A DNA stretch of 64,000 nt from an uncultured Gemmatimonadales bacterium (lineage in GTDB: Bacteria > Gemmatimonadota > Gemmatimonadetes > Palauibacterales > Palauibacteraceae): positions 353,448 to 417,447 of the forward strand of contig CAWANJ010000003.1 of the NCBI GenBank assembly GCA_963783385.1. Reading direction: 5' to 3'. Under the pieces are notes generated by a model. The model saw only the letters and a list, made by a program, of their open reading frames with translations, was not told where the DNA came from and searched no databases. This document shows positions 19,075 through 28,700 of this stretch, in pieces; position 1 is the first letter of the stretch, and every line of letters starts with the position of its first letter. Both the position numbers and the translations under genes were made by a program.

Positions 19075-20328
19075 TCAGAAGGTGCGGTCTTCCGCCGGGC
19101 CTTCCGCCGGGCCTTCCACCGGGCCTTCCGCCGGCGCGCCACCGTTCCCGATCTCCTCGTCCAGGAGGGTGGCGGGGTCCCAGCGCTCGATCATGCTCAC
19201 GAAGGGCTCGACCAGGTCGGGGTCCAGGTGGGTCCCCGCGTTCTCGCGCAGGATCCCCACCACCGTCTCCGCGGGCAGGGGCGCCCGGTAGCGGCGCCGG
19301 GTGCGCAGGGCGTCGTAGAAGTCGCACACCTGCACCAGGCGGCTGGCCAGCATGGTGGTCCGCGGGAAACGGGTGCGCGGATAGCCCCCGCCCTCGGACC
19401 CGATGTGGTGCTCGTAGGCGACGACGGCCGGCAGGGCCATCTCGTCGCCGCTGTCGAGCAGGATGCGGCAGCCTTCGACCGGATGGCGCTCGATGACGGC
19501 GCGCTCCTCGTCGGTCAGTCGGCCCGGCTTGTTCAGGATGTCGGACGGCACGGTCACCTTGCCCACGTCGTGCAGGAGCCCGGCGGCGCCGATCCCGCGC
19601 ACGGCCACGGCCGGGAGCCCCATCTCCTCCGCCAGGGACATGGCGAGGATGGCCACGTTGATGCAATGACCCGCCGTGTACTGGTCGGTCTCCTTGAGCG
19701 TCAGGAAGGGGGCGATGAGCCGCTGCGCCCCGTGCATTCCGACCGACAGCGACTGGACGATGGCCAGCGTCTCGGCCACCGGGACGGCGCCGGTCTCCCC
19801 CGCCTCCTCGTGCAGCCACTCCAGGGCGCCGGCTTCCTCGGCGAGCTTCACGCCGCCCAGGTCGTGCTGGCCCCGACCCTCGGCGTCCGGGTCGCGAAAG
19901 CCGAGCGGTCCGAAGCGCGCGTGGGCGAGCTGGAAGGTCGGCGCGTCGGGCGTCGCGGCTCCGGGCGGGCTCCCCGTGGCCTCGGCGCCTTCCCCACGGA
20001 GCCGCTCCTCGATGGCCTCCAGGAGGGCGGCGACCTCGTCGCGCTCGATCCCGCGCCGGAACTCCAGGCGGCCCACGTGCGCCTCCTCGAGGCGGGCCGG
20101 CCATCCCGCGGCCCTCAGCTCCCGCAGCGGACTGTCCGCGTACACGACCTCGCCCTCCAGGATGGAGAAGGAGGGGCGCGGATCGAAGCTCAGGAGGTCG
20201 GTCAGGGAGCGGTGCACCTCCGCCACCAGGGCGCGGCGATGGGGGTGGTCGGACCGGTACAGGCTGGCCGCCGAGAAGTAGCGCCACAGCGTGGTCAGGA
20301 ACCCGGTGGCCCGTCCCGGCGCGCTCAC
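19075..20328 (-). CDS. HD-GYP domain phosphodiesterase
   Basis: DQYTAGH, LLHDVGK, ILNKPGRLT, HP..G, HH..GGGYP, DFYDAL; GTG overlaps the upstream stop. Confidence 0.9.
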   Translation of the reverse strand: MSAPGRATGFLTTLWRYFSAASLYRSDHPHRRALVAEVHRSLTDLLSFDPRPSFSILEGEVVYADSPLRELRAAGWPARLEEAHVGRLEFRRGIERDEVAALLEAIEERLRGEGAEATGSPPGAATPDAPTFQLAHARFGPLGFRDPDAEGRGQHDLGGVKLAEEAGALEWLHEEAGETGAVPVAETLAIVQSLSVGMHGAQRLIAPFLTLKETDQYTAGHCINVAILAMSLAEEMGLPAVAVRGIGAAGLLHDVGKVTVPSDILNKPGRLTDEERAVIERHPVEGCRILLDSGDEMALPAVVAYEHHIGSEGGGYPRTRFPRTTMLASRLVQVCDFYDALRTRRRYRAPLPAETVVGILRENAGTHLDPDLVEPFVSMIERWDPATLLDEEIGNGGAPAEGPVEGPAEGPAEDRTF

Positions 20329-22388
20329 GGGGCGGCCCGTACGTCGGGATGGGCGAGGAGCTCGCGGACGGCCGGGTCCTCGGGCCATCGCCGCGCCAGC
20401 CCGGACGCGGCCTCCCGCACCACGGGGGAGTCGGGCCGGGGGCGCCGCCGCCAGAACAGGATGGGGCGACGGCGCAGGCACAGGTCCAGGAGGGCGCGCT
20501 TCGCCTGCGGGGCATCCGACAGCGACAGGGCGCGGACCGCCGTCACCCGCAGCTCGCTCGGCAGCTCCGCGTCCCCGGCCAGGCGGGCGAGGCGGGGGAT
20601 GAGCCCGGGCTCCAGGGCGCGCGCGCCCTCCAGGGCACCGAATCCGAGGCTCAGGGTGCGGGGGTCGGTCGCCTGGAGGCAGAGGTCGATGGCCTCGGCC
20701 CGCGTGTCGGGATCTTGGAGAAGGTGTTTGTAGGCTTCACGGCGCACGTGCGCGTTCTCGTGCACGGCGAACGGGCGCGCGGAGAAGCCCGCCGGCGCGC
20801 CGATCTCGTAGAGCAGGGCCAGCATGTTGCGCTGCACGAACCAGCGCTCGTCGCCCAGCCGCGACATCACGAGCCCGCCAATGTCGTCGCCCAGCGCCGC
20901 GAGAATCGAGAACGCCTTGCTGCGGGCCGACCGGTCCTGTGACTCGATGAGGATGTCGAGGAGGGGCTCGGTGACCAGTCCCGGGTCGTGCGGCGCCAGC
21001 TGTCCCAGGGCCTCGAACTCCGGCGGCTGGCTGGCGAGCAGGTCGCGCACCACCTCGGGTCGGGTCAGCCGCTGCCACAGGTCCGCGGCGACCTCGCTCC
21101 CCTCGGGGGCGGCGTGCACGATCCCGATGATCTCGGCCCAGCGCCTGGCCGTCCGCAGCGAGGCCACGGCGCGCTCGCCCGCCGGGCCCAGCCGGTCCAC
21201 CTCGACGGCCATCTGGAGCATGCGCAGCGCCTCCGGGGCGTGCTGGGCGTCGACCAGGGGGAGGCCGGCCAGCTCTCCGGTGGGGTCGCTCATGCGGCGC
21301 AGGGCCTCGCCGTAGGCGCTGTCGCTGGAGACCGGCTCGTCGCCCCAGCCCGTGATCGCCCTGCGCACCTGGTCGCGCAGGGCGTGGTCGGCCTCCTCGG
21401 TGGACAGGGCGCCCTCGACCTGCGCGTGCCCGGAGAGCTTGACCAGGATGCGGAGCATCCAGTGCGACACGTCGATGTCGCCCAGGTCGGAGGAGGTCTC
21501 GACGAGACGGACCAGCAGGTCGGAGGGGAGCCACGCCGTGGTGACCTCGAGGAGCTCCTGGCGGTCGGACGAGCGCAGGCCGTTCTCCAGGACGCGCCGC
21601 ACGTCGGGCCGGGCCAGCACCCGGAACAGCCCGGTGAACCGGTCCCGCAGATCGAACTCCCCGTCCGGGTGCTTCAGCTCGTGCGCGATCTCGAGCAGGA
21701 TCCGGCCGATGGACTCCATGCCCTCCTGCTCGCGGAGGGCGGTGATGGCCTTCGCCACCGCGGCGGGGTCCACCCGGCTGGCGGTGGCCATGACCTCGGG
21801 GGTGGGCTGCCGCTCCCAGGACCCGTCGGCCAGCTCGTACGGCAGGGCCCTGGCCGCCTGGCCCAGGCCGAGCCACAGGCGGGCCGCGCGCCGGTCCCGG
21901 TCCTCGAGGGCGTCGTCCGGGGACAGCTCCTCCAGGGTGAGACGCTCGTAGTGCCGGGGCTCGATCCATACGTGGGGCCAGCGGGCCGCCATGCCGGCGC
22001 GGCGACCCAGCCGGTCCTCGTCGCTGGCGGGGCGCTCGCGGACCGCGGTCAGGAGGGCCCCCAGCTCGGAGCGGCTCGTGCCCGGATCGAAGCCGAAGGA
22101 GGACAGGTCGTGCTCGTGCAGCCGGCGGGCCAGGCCCGGGAGGTGGGAGGAGCCCGTGTCGGTCCAGGCCCCTTCGAACAGGAAGCGGTCCGGGGCCACG
22201 GTGAACTGGAGCGCTCCACGCTCCTCCAGCAGGGGCGCGAGGCGCTCGTGCAGGTCGGCCGCCAGGTCACCCAGGGCGGGGTGGCCGGGAGGATACAGGC
22301 CGAAGCGCTGCACCGCGCGCGCGAGCGCGCTCAGCCACTTTTCGATGTGTGACGGTACAGCCTGGGCCGGCTCCCGGGTCACGGTCAC
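20325..22388 (-). CDS. HEAT-repeat protein
   Basis: DERWFVQRNMLALL, HENAHVRREA, LRVTAVRAL HEAT-like units; N-terminal LYPPGHP domain. Confidence 0.75.
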   Translation of the reverse strand: MTVTREPAQAVPSHIEKWLSALARAVQRFGLYPPGHPALGDLAADLHERLAPLLEERGALQFTVAPDRFLFEGAWTDTGSSHLPGLARRLHEHDLSSFGFDPGTSRSELGALLTAVRERPASDEDRLGRRAGMAARWPHVWIEPRHYERLTLEELSPDDALEDRDRRAARLWLGLGQAARALPYELADGSWERQPTPEVMATASRVDPAAVAKAITALREQEGMESIGRILLEIAHELKHPDGEFDLRDRFTGLFRVLARPDVRRVLENGLRSSDRQELLEVTTAWLPSDLLVRLVETSSDLGDIDVSHWMLRILVKLSGHAQVEGALSTEEADHALRDQVRRAITGWGDEPVSSDSAYGEALRRMSDPTGELAGLPLVDAQHAPEALRMLQMAVEVDRLGPAGERAVASLRTARRWAEIIGIVHAAPEGSEVAADLWQRLTRPEVVRDLLASQPPEFEALGQLAPHDPGLVTEPLLDILIESQDRSARSKAFSILAALGDDIGGLVMSRLGDERWFVQRNMLALLYEIGAPAGFSARPFAVHENAHVRREAYKHLLQDPDTRAEAIDLCLQATDPRTLSLGFGALEGARALEPGLIPRLARLAGDAELPSELRVTAVRALSLSDAPQAKRALLDLCLRRRPILFWRRRPRPDSPVVREAASGLARRWPEDPAVRELLAHPDVRAAP

Positions 22389-22401
22389 CTCAGCCGGGGG
22401 A

Positions 22402-23448
22402 TCAGGGGTGGAGGGCGCGCTCCCGCTCGACCACCTTGAGGGCCGCGTCCACGATGCGCGGATCGAACTGACGGCCGCGCTCCCGGCGGAGCTCGGCGAT
22501 GGCTTCCTCGGCCGACTCGGCCTCGCGGAAGGGCCGGTCGTGGGTGATGGCCTCGAACGCGTCGGCCACCGCCACGATGCGGCCGGGCAGGGGGATGTCC
22601 TCGCCGGCGAGCCCGCGCGGATAGCCCGACCCGTCCCAGCGCTCGTGGTGGGTGTAGGCGATCTCCCGCGCCAGCTGCATCACCGGCAGGTCGCTGGCCG
22701 AGAGGATGCGCGCGCCGTTCGTGGCGTGCGTCATCATGATCTTGCGCTCGTCGTCGTCGAGCTGGCCGCTCTTGAGGAGGATGCGGTCCGGGACGACGAT
22801 CATGCCCACGTCGTGGAGCGGCGCCGCGTCCCGGACGTGGCCCACCTCGTCGTCGGACAGCCCGAGCTCGGTGGCGATCCGGGCCGACAGCTCGCCCACG
22901 CGCTCGGCGTGTTGCTCGGTCTTGAAGTCACGGTACTCGACCAGGCGGGCCAGGATGTGGAGGACGCTGAGCTCGGCCCGTTCGGCCTTCTGCCGGAGGT
23001 CCTCCATGGCGCCGCGCTCGGCGCGGGCCTCCTCCGAGCCCTCCTCGCTGAGCAGGCGCCGGGTCTCCAGGACGCGGTGCACCCGGAGTCCCACCTCGAC
23101 CGGGTCCAGCGGCTTGCGGAGGAGGTCCTGCACGCCCGCCTCGACCACGCCGAGGCGGGTGCCCTCGGACTCGCCCCCCGACAGGCCCAGGACCGCGGGC
23201 CGCGGGAAGTCGGCTTCCCGCCCGGCCAGGTCCCGAAGGATCTGCTCGGCGGCCGGATCGGTCACCCCCAGGTCCAGGAGGAGGAGGTCGGGCTGGAAGC
23301 GCCCACAGAAATAGAGTGTCTCCCTGGGCTCGGTGGTGCTTTCGATCCGATGGTAGGCCGCGTCGGACAGGATCCGCTCGAGCTCGCCCACCACGGAGCG
23401 GTCCGCATCCACGATCAGGATCTTTGCGTCCAGCGCCTCGAATGCCAC
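22402..23448 (-). CDS. Response regulator with HD-GYP output (RpfG-like)
   Basis: ILIVD..PDLLLLD..KP receiver; APLHDVGM, HHERWDGSGYP.GL.GEDIP, QFDP. Confidence 0.9.
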   Translation of the reverse strand: MAFEALDAKILIVDADRSVVGELERILSDAAYHRIESTTEPRETLYFCGRFQPDLLLLDLGVTDPAAEQILRDLAGREADFPRPAVLGLSGGESEGTRLGVVEAGVQDLLRKPLDPVEVGLRVHRVLETRRLLSEEGSEEARAERGAMEDLRQKAERAELSVLHILARLVEYRDFKTEQHAERVGELSARIATELGLSDDEVGHVRDAAPLHDVGMIVVPDRILLKSGQLDDDERKIMMTHATNGARILSASDLPVMQLAREIAYTHHERWDGSGYPRGLAGEDIPLPGRIVAVADAFEAITHDRPFREAESAEEAIAELRRERGRQFDPRIVDAALKVVERERALHP

Positions 23449-23738
23449 GGGTTCCTCGGGTCTCGGAGGGTCGAGGTGGGCGGTCCGGACTTTGCACTTT
23501 CTTCGTGACCGCCCGTCGGCGTCGTGGCCCGACCGAGTGCATAAGCTGTGCGCGCTCGCGGCCCTGCGCAACACGCGCGACGCGGGGCGGGGACATGGAG
23601 AGGAGGGGCGGGTGCGCGCAGCCGTTCGCGCTCCCGATCGCGGGTCCGCACGCGCGGCCGGTCGCTGGATGAGGCCGGAGGACGTGAGCCGCGGAGGGCC
23701 CAGCGAAGCCCGGTGGACGTGGCATCGTAAGTCAAGGC

Positions 23739-25958
23739 ATGGCAATGGCTAAGGTATCTGAACTCAAGACAGAGGCGCGGCGGGAGGAGGCGGCCGGTAA
23801 CCACCGGCGGGCCATCCAGCTCTACCTGCGCGCCCTGGAGGAGGGACGGAGCGCCGAGTACTCGACGCCCGACCCGGGCCTGTCCGTTCGGATCGCCGAC
23901 CTGAACTTCCGCGAGGGCGAGCCCGGACGTGCCATCGAATACTACCGGCAGGCCGCCGAGCTTTACGCGGAACAGGGGCTTATTACCAATGCCATTGCAG
24001 TTTGCAACAAGATCCTCCGGGTCTTTCCGTACGAGATCGAGTGCTACCGGACCATGGCCCGGCTCCACCTCGAAGTGGGGCTCGTGGCCGAGGCCCGTAA
24101 GAACCTCCTCCACTACGTCGACACGGTGAGCGAGCGCGGGGAGCCCCGCGCCGCCCGCGTGGCCATGCGCGACTTCCTCGAGCGCGCCCCCGACGAGGAG
24201 GTGGCCGAGCGCCTGGCGCGCAGCCTCCAGGACGAGGGGTATGCCAAGGAGGCCGTCAATGCCCTGCGGGACGTGTGGTTCCGCCGCGCCGACCGCGGCG
24301 AGTCCAACGCGGAGCTCGAGACCCGCATCCGCGACCTGCTCCCCGGCGAGGAGCCGGCGGACTGGGAGCCCGGCGACGAGGCGGAGGACCTTTCCGAGCC
24401 GGCCGACGTGGAGGACGCGATCGAGGCCGCGCTCCGGGAGCCCGAGCCCGAGGCCGAGCCCGAGTCCGAGCTCGAGGACGCAGGACAGCCCGAAGTGTCC
24501 GCCGTGTCCTGGCTCGACGAGCCCGCCGCGGAGGAGGAGTTCGCCGCGGAGTGGGAGCCCGAGCCCGACGAGTCCGCGTTCCCCGAGGTCCAGGTCTACC
24601 GCTACGAGGTGAGCCGGGAGTTCGCGGCGCGGCAGGGCGAGGCCGCCGACGAAGAGGAGCCCGCCGCGGCTCTGGAGCCGCAGGAAGAGGCAGAGGCAGA
24701 GGAGGAGCCCGCGCGCGAGGAGGAGTGGGCCGAGGTATGGCCCGAGCGGCTGGAGCTGGTGGGACAGTACCGCGAGCTCATGTCGCGAGCGCGGAGCCTG
24801 GCGACCGAGTTCGGTCGCGAGCCCCCGGCGTGGAGCCGGGCCGTCGAGAGCGAGACGATGGAGCCGGAGGCGGCGACGCGGCCGGCCAGTTCATTCCCAG
24901 AGATCGAGAGCGGGGGAGCCATGTCCGAGCAGACCGAGGATCGCAACGGGACCTGGGATTCCGGGGCCGACACGTCAGGCCACTCCGGGAGCTCGGGAGA
25001 GGACTCGTTCGGCTCGGGCTGGGAGCCGTGGCCGACCCACGAACCGGAGACCGCGGAGACGGAACCCGAAACGATGGAGGAAGACATGTCCGTGATCGAG
25101 ACCTCGGAGGCCGAGGCCTCCACCACGGAAGTCGAGGAGTCGGCCGAGCCGTTCGCCGCCGAGCCGGCGGTCGCGGGAGCGGCGGAAACGAGCCACTCCA
25201 ACGGCCACGCGCCGAGCGCGTCGGCGGGGCGGGGTGAGGGCGCCGAGCTGGGCGAGAGGGCCGAGCTCCGCCGCGGCCTCGAGCTGCTGGACGAGCTCCT
25301 GGAGCTCTCCCCCGACAACATGGACCTGCGTCGCCGCAAGGTCGCCTACGCCCGCCGCCTGGCGGACCCGGGGACGCTGAGCGACGCCTACCTGGCGCTG
25401 GCCGAGGGGCTGGCCGAGCGCGGCTCCCGGCGCAGCGCGCGGATCCTGTACGAGCAGGTGCTGTCGCTGGACGAGGAGAACGATACGGCCCAGACGGGCC
25501 TGGCCCGGCTCGACGCGGTCGAGCTGCAGGAGAAGCGGCGCCGGGGCGGCCAGGAGGCCGACCTGCCGTCCGCCGGTGCGGCGGACCGCGAGGCGCGCAA
25601 GGCGCTGGGCGAGAGGCTGTGGACCGAGTTCGAGATGACGATCCGCGAGCTTCCGTGGCTGCACGCGGCCACCCAGAGCTTCCAGGCCGTCGGGCCGGAC
25701 CGGCAGCCGGCGCTCGAGACCTTCCAGATGATGGCGCACTACTTCATGGCGCGCGGCCGGTACGACCAGGCGGCCGAGGTGCTGTCGGCGGCGCTCGACC
25801 TCTCGGACCGGAGGGACGAGGAGCTGGTGGACGTGCTCTACTACCTGGGCGTGGCGCGCCGCCGCCTGGGCGAGGATGCCGCGGCCGACGAGCTGTTCGA
25901 GCGCGTGGCCCGCGTCGACGCGGACTTCCGCGAGTCGCTGGAGGTGCTGGGCGACTGA
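23739..25958 (+). CDS. Large TPR protein with long acidic linker
   Basis: N-terminal TPRs (AIEYYRQAAELY..G...NAIAVCNKILR), Glu/Pro-rich middle, C-terminal TPRs (LYYLG...ELFERV..VDADF). Confidence 0.8.
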   Translation: MAMAKVSELKTEARREEAAGNHRRAIQLYLRALEEGRSAEYSTPDPGLSVRIADLNFREGEPGRAIEYYRQAAELYAEQGLITNAIAVCNKILRVFPYEIECYRTMARLHLEVGLVAEARKNLLHYVDTVSERGEPRAARVAMRDFLERAPDEEVAERLARSLQDEGYAKEAVNALRDVWFRRADRGESNAELETRIRDLLPGEEPADWEPGDEAEDLSEPADVEDAIEAALREPEPEAEPESELEDAGQPEVSAVSWLDEPAAEEEFAAEWEPEPDESAFPEVQVYRYEVSREFAARQGEAADEEEPAAALEPQEEAEAEEEPAREEEWAEVWPERLELVGQYRELMSRARSLATEFGREPPAWSRAVESETMEPEAATRPASSFPEIESGGAMSEQTEDRNGTWDSGADTSGHSGSSGEDSFGSGWEPWPTHEPETAETEPETMEEDMSVIETSEAEASTTEVEESAEPFAAEPAVAGAAETSHSNGHAPSASAGRGEGAELGERAELRRGLELLDELLELSPDNMDLRRRKVAYARRLADPGTLSDAYLALAEGLAERGSRRSARILYEQVLSLDEENDTAQTGLARLDAVELQEKRRRGGQEADLPSAGAADREARKALGERLWTEFEMTIRELPWLHAATQSFQAVGPDRQPALETFQMMAHYFMARGRYDQAAEVLSAALDLSDRRDEELVDVLYYLGVARRRLGEDAAADELFERVARVDADFRESLEVLGD

Positions 25959-25994
25959 GCCGCGGCCCGCACGCGGCGAACGGAGCCCGCCGAC

Positions 25995-26022
25995 GAGGGG
26001 GCCGGGGAGACCCGGCCCCCTC
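25995..26022 (+). terminator. Hairpin after the TPR gene
   Basis: gagggggccggg-gaga-cccggccccctc. Confidence 0.65.
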
Positions 26023-26049
26023 GGTGCATCGGGGTACGAGCGCGGCGCG

Positions 26050-26069
26050 CTCTACTTGTACAAGTAGAG
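26050..26069. promoter_or_regulatory. Perfect 20-bp AT-rich palindrome, candidate operator
   Basis: CTCTACTTGTACAAGTAGAG equals its own reverse complement. Confidence 0.55.
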
Positions 26070-26394
26070 GGCTTGCGGGTGGTGCCGCTCGTTGGGAGCC
26101 GCTGACCCTCCCATCGACCAACTCGACAACTGGTTACGCGGTGAGCGTGACGCCCCGATGACGCATGGCGCGCGACCGTGCGCTTTCCCCCCTCTCTCCT
26201 CTCCCGCTATTTGTCCTTGGAATATGTCAGACAAATCCCCACACGATCCGTCCACCTTTGCCCCACGGCGGCGAGCCTTTCCGCACGGCATCCTGGGAGC
26301 GTAGTCGAGACTCAGTCTCACCTGGGCGCCGCCAGGAGCGGAAGCGGCGCGAACGCGAACGCGAAGAGGCAGACCGAAACCCGGGGGTACCGTG

Positions 26395-27538
26395 ATGGAT
26401 ACGAAGCGGATGGATCGTCGAGACGCACTCAAGGTGTTCGGGGCGGGTGGCCTCGGACTGGTCGGGGTGGCCTGCGGAGCCAGGGGGCCCGATCGGGCCA
26501 GCGCGGCCGAGACGAGCGCCGACGCCGGGACCGCGGGCGCTGGATGCGGCCGGATCCGCGGTGGCGGGCGCCGCGGGCGCGGCCCCGGGGACGGCCCGGA
26601 CGGTCACCCTGCAGATGCTGGCCGCCGATCCGAAGGCGCTGCCGGAGCCGATCGCGGACGCCTCGCCCCGCACGCGCTCCTTCCTGCTCGAGGCGCGCGA
26701 GGGCGTGGGCGAGATCGAGCCGGGCTCCACCTTCGACTACATGACCTTCGGAGGCCAGATCCCGGGCCCGATGCTGCGGGCGCGCCAGGGGGACCGGGTC
26801 CGCCTGACGGTGCGCAGCCCCAAGACCAACATCCGGCCCCACAACGTGGACCTGCACGCCGTGTACGGGCCGGGCGGCGGCGCCTCGGAGACGCTGGTCC
26901 TGCCGGGCCAGGAGAAGACGATCGAGTTCAGGGCCATGTACCCGGGCGCCTTCATCTACCACTGCGCCGTGCCCGGCCTGGACATGCACATTTCGAGCGG
27001 CATGTACGGGATGATCCTCATCGAGCCGCCCGAGGGGCTGCCGAAGGTGGACCACGAGCTCTACCTGGGCCAGAACGAGGTGTACACGAACCGCTCGGCC
27101 GGCGAGGGCGGGCACCACGCCTTCGACACCGCCTCCATGCTGCGCGAGGACCCGACCTACGTCCTCCTCAACGGCCAGAAGCACGCCCTGACCGCCGACG
27201 GCCGCGGCCCCATCGTGGCCAGGCGCGGCGAGACGGCGCGCGTCTACTTCGTGAACGGCGGTCCCAACCTGACCTCGAGCTTCCACCCGATCGGCAACGT
27301 GTGGAGCAAGGCGTGGATCGCCGGCGCCCTGGCCAACCAGCCCCTGCGCTACGTGCAGACGCTCCCGGTGCCGCCGGGCTCGACGGGCGTGTTCGAGCTG
27401 GAGTTCCCCGTGCCCGAGCCGATCAAGCTCGTGGACCACGCCCTCACGCGCGTGGCCCACAAGGGCATGCTCGGGATCATCGACGTCCAGGGCGCCAGGC
27501 AGGCGAGCATCTTCCGGGCGGTCGACCCGCGCGAGTGA
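26395..27538 (+). CDS. nirK: Copper-containing nitrite reductase, Tat lipoprotein (frameshift near 26540)
   Basis: DRRDALK Tat motif plus GVAC lipobox in one frame; PHNVDLHA, YHCAVPGLDMHISSGMYG, SSFHPIG, LVDH (type 1/2 Cu ligands, catalytic Asp/His) in ORF 26447..27538. Confidence 0.93.
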
Positions 27539-27566
27539 AGGCCCTCCACTCGACGCCGTTCCCCCA

Positions 27567-27598
27567 CGGGGCGCCGCCCGATCCGGGCGGCGCCCCGT
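27567..27598 (+). terminator. Hairpin after nirK
   Basis: cggggcgccgcccg-atc-cgggcggcgccccg. Confidence 0.65.
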
Positions 27599-27839
27599 CG
27601 CACGTCGGGGCCCGCAGGCTCACGTTTTCGGCTTTTCGGCGGTGGCCGACTGGCCCGATGCGGGGCTTGTTCGGGTCACATTGGCCGACATTGATGCGCG
27701 CGTCCTGCCGAAGGCGTGGGAATTGTGCCACAAGCATGGCTGGATGCGAGTTGCCCCCACGGCGGGAGCCGCTCACGGTTGGCTTGTCACCTACCTGCAA
27801 CAAAATGACTTATGGCCTTCCACGCTCACGAGGATGTGC

Positions 27840-27855
27840 CGGCACGGCCTCTGCC
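27840..27855 (+). promoter_or_regulatory. Putative sigma54 (-24/-12) promoter
   Basis: CGGCACGGCCTCTGCC, GG-N10-GC; AT-rich tract (caacaaaatgactta) about 30-40 bp upstream. Confidence 0.5.
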
Positions 27856-27944
27856 TCATGTTCCGGACGTGACACGCGGTCCCGCCGCGGCGTCCTTGTG
27901 GATGCGAGTCGTAGGGAGATCCGGGCAGCGTGGGAGATACGAGG

Positions 27945-28304
27945 ATGGCTGACGAGAGTCTGAGCGGCACGACCTGCAGGCTGATACGGGAGGACGGGAC
28001 CGAGTGGATCGTGACCCGCTTCGACCTGCGCGAGGGTGGCGCCTGGATCACGGCCCGGCGGGTGCCCGAGGGCTCCTCGCCCGGCGGCAACGGAAACGGC
28101 CACTCGGGCGCCCACGGCCAGCCGGGCGACCCGGATGGAGCGGAGCGGCTGCTCGAGGCGCCGCTGCGTCACGGCGACCGCCTGGTGTGGACGCGCCGCG
28201 ATGGCACGGTGGCCTGGGCGATGCGCAACCCGACCGGGGTGGGCATCGCGTGGCGCCACCAGGACGTGGAAGACGACGAGTTCTTCGCGGGGGACTTCCG
28301 CTAA
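27945..28304 (+). CDS. Hypothetical protein (119 aa)
   Basis: ATG after gggag/gagg; high-GC3 codon usage. Confidence 0.6.
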   Translation: MADESLSGTTCRLIREDGTEWIVTRFDLREGGAWITARRVPEGSSPGGNGNGHSGAHGQPGDPDGAERLLEAPLRHGDRLVWTRRDGTVAWAMRNPTGVGIAWRHQDVEDDEFFAGDFR

Positions 28305-28464
28305 CCTCCCCCATCCTCTATGTATCTACCATGGTGGTCGTTGCGCCCCCCATCGGGGGCGGCGTGATCCGGCCGCGTCCGGCCGGTTCCTCGGTGGGCC
28401 GGACGTCCGGCCCCGAGCGGTCCGCCCTCCCGATCCCTGACCCGCGCACCCGGAGGAGCACCTC

Positions 28465-28626
28465 ATGAACCGCAAGTCGATCGGTCAGCTCCTGGAGTAC
28501 GTCGGATACCTCGTCCTCGTCCTGGTCCTGTTCCGCTGGTCCACTCTGGCGGGGGAGCTCGGCGTGGGCGCGCTGGTGGCCTACTTCGGCATCCGGCTGC
28601 GGGCGGGGGCGTCGCGCGGCACCTGA
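28465..28626 (+). CDS. Small membrane protein (53 aa), not in the ORF track
   Basis: GGAGGAG RBS; MNRKSIGQLLEYVGYLVLVLVLFRWSTLAGELGVGALVAYFGIRLRAGASRGT. Confidence 0.7.
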   Translation: MNRKSIGQLLEYVGYLVLVLVLFRWSTLAGELGVGALVAYFGIRLRAGASRGT

Positions 28627-28700
28627 CGCTCCCGGTCCTCCAGAGTTCCGCGGCTCCGCGCCGGGCTCGTCCGCGCTCGTAAGCGGGCCCCGGCGGAGCC

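Noticed and set aside
19089-19133. 12-bp tandem repeat (cttccgccgggc)
   Set aside because: Encodes a low-complexity PAEG tail of the HD-GYP protein; ordinary slippage.
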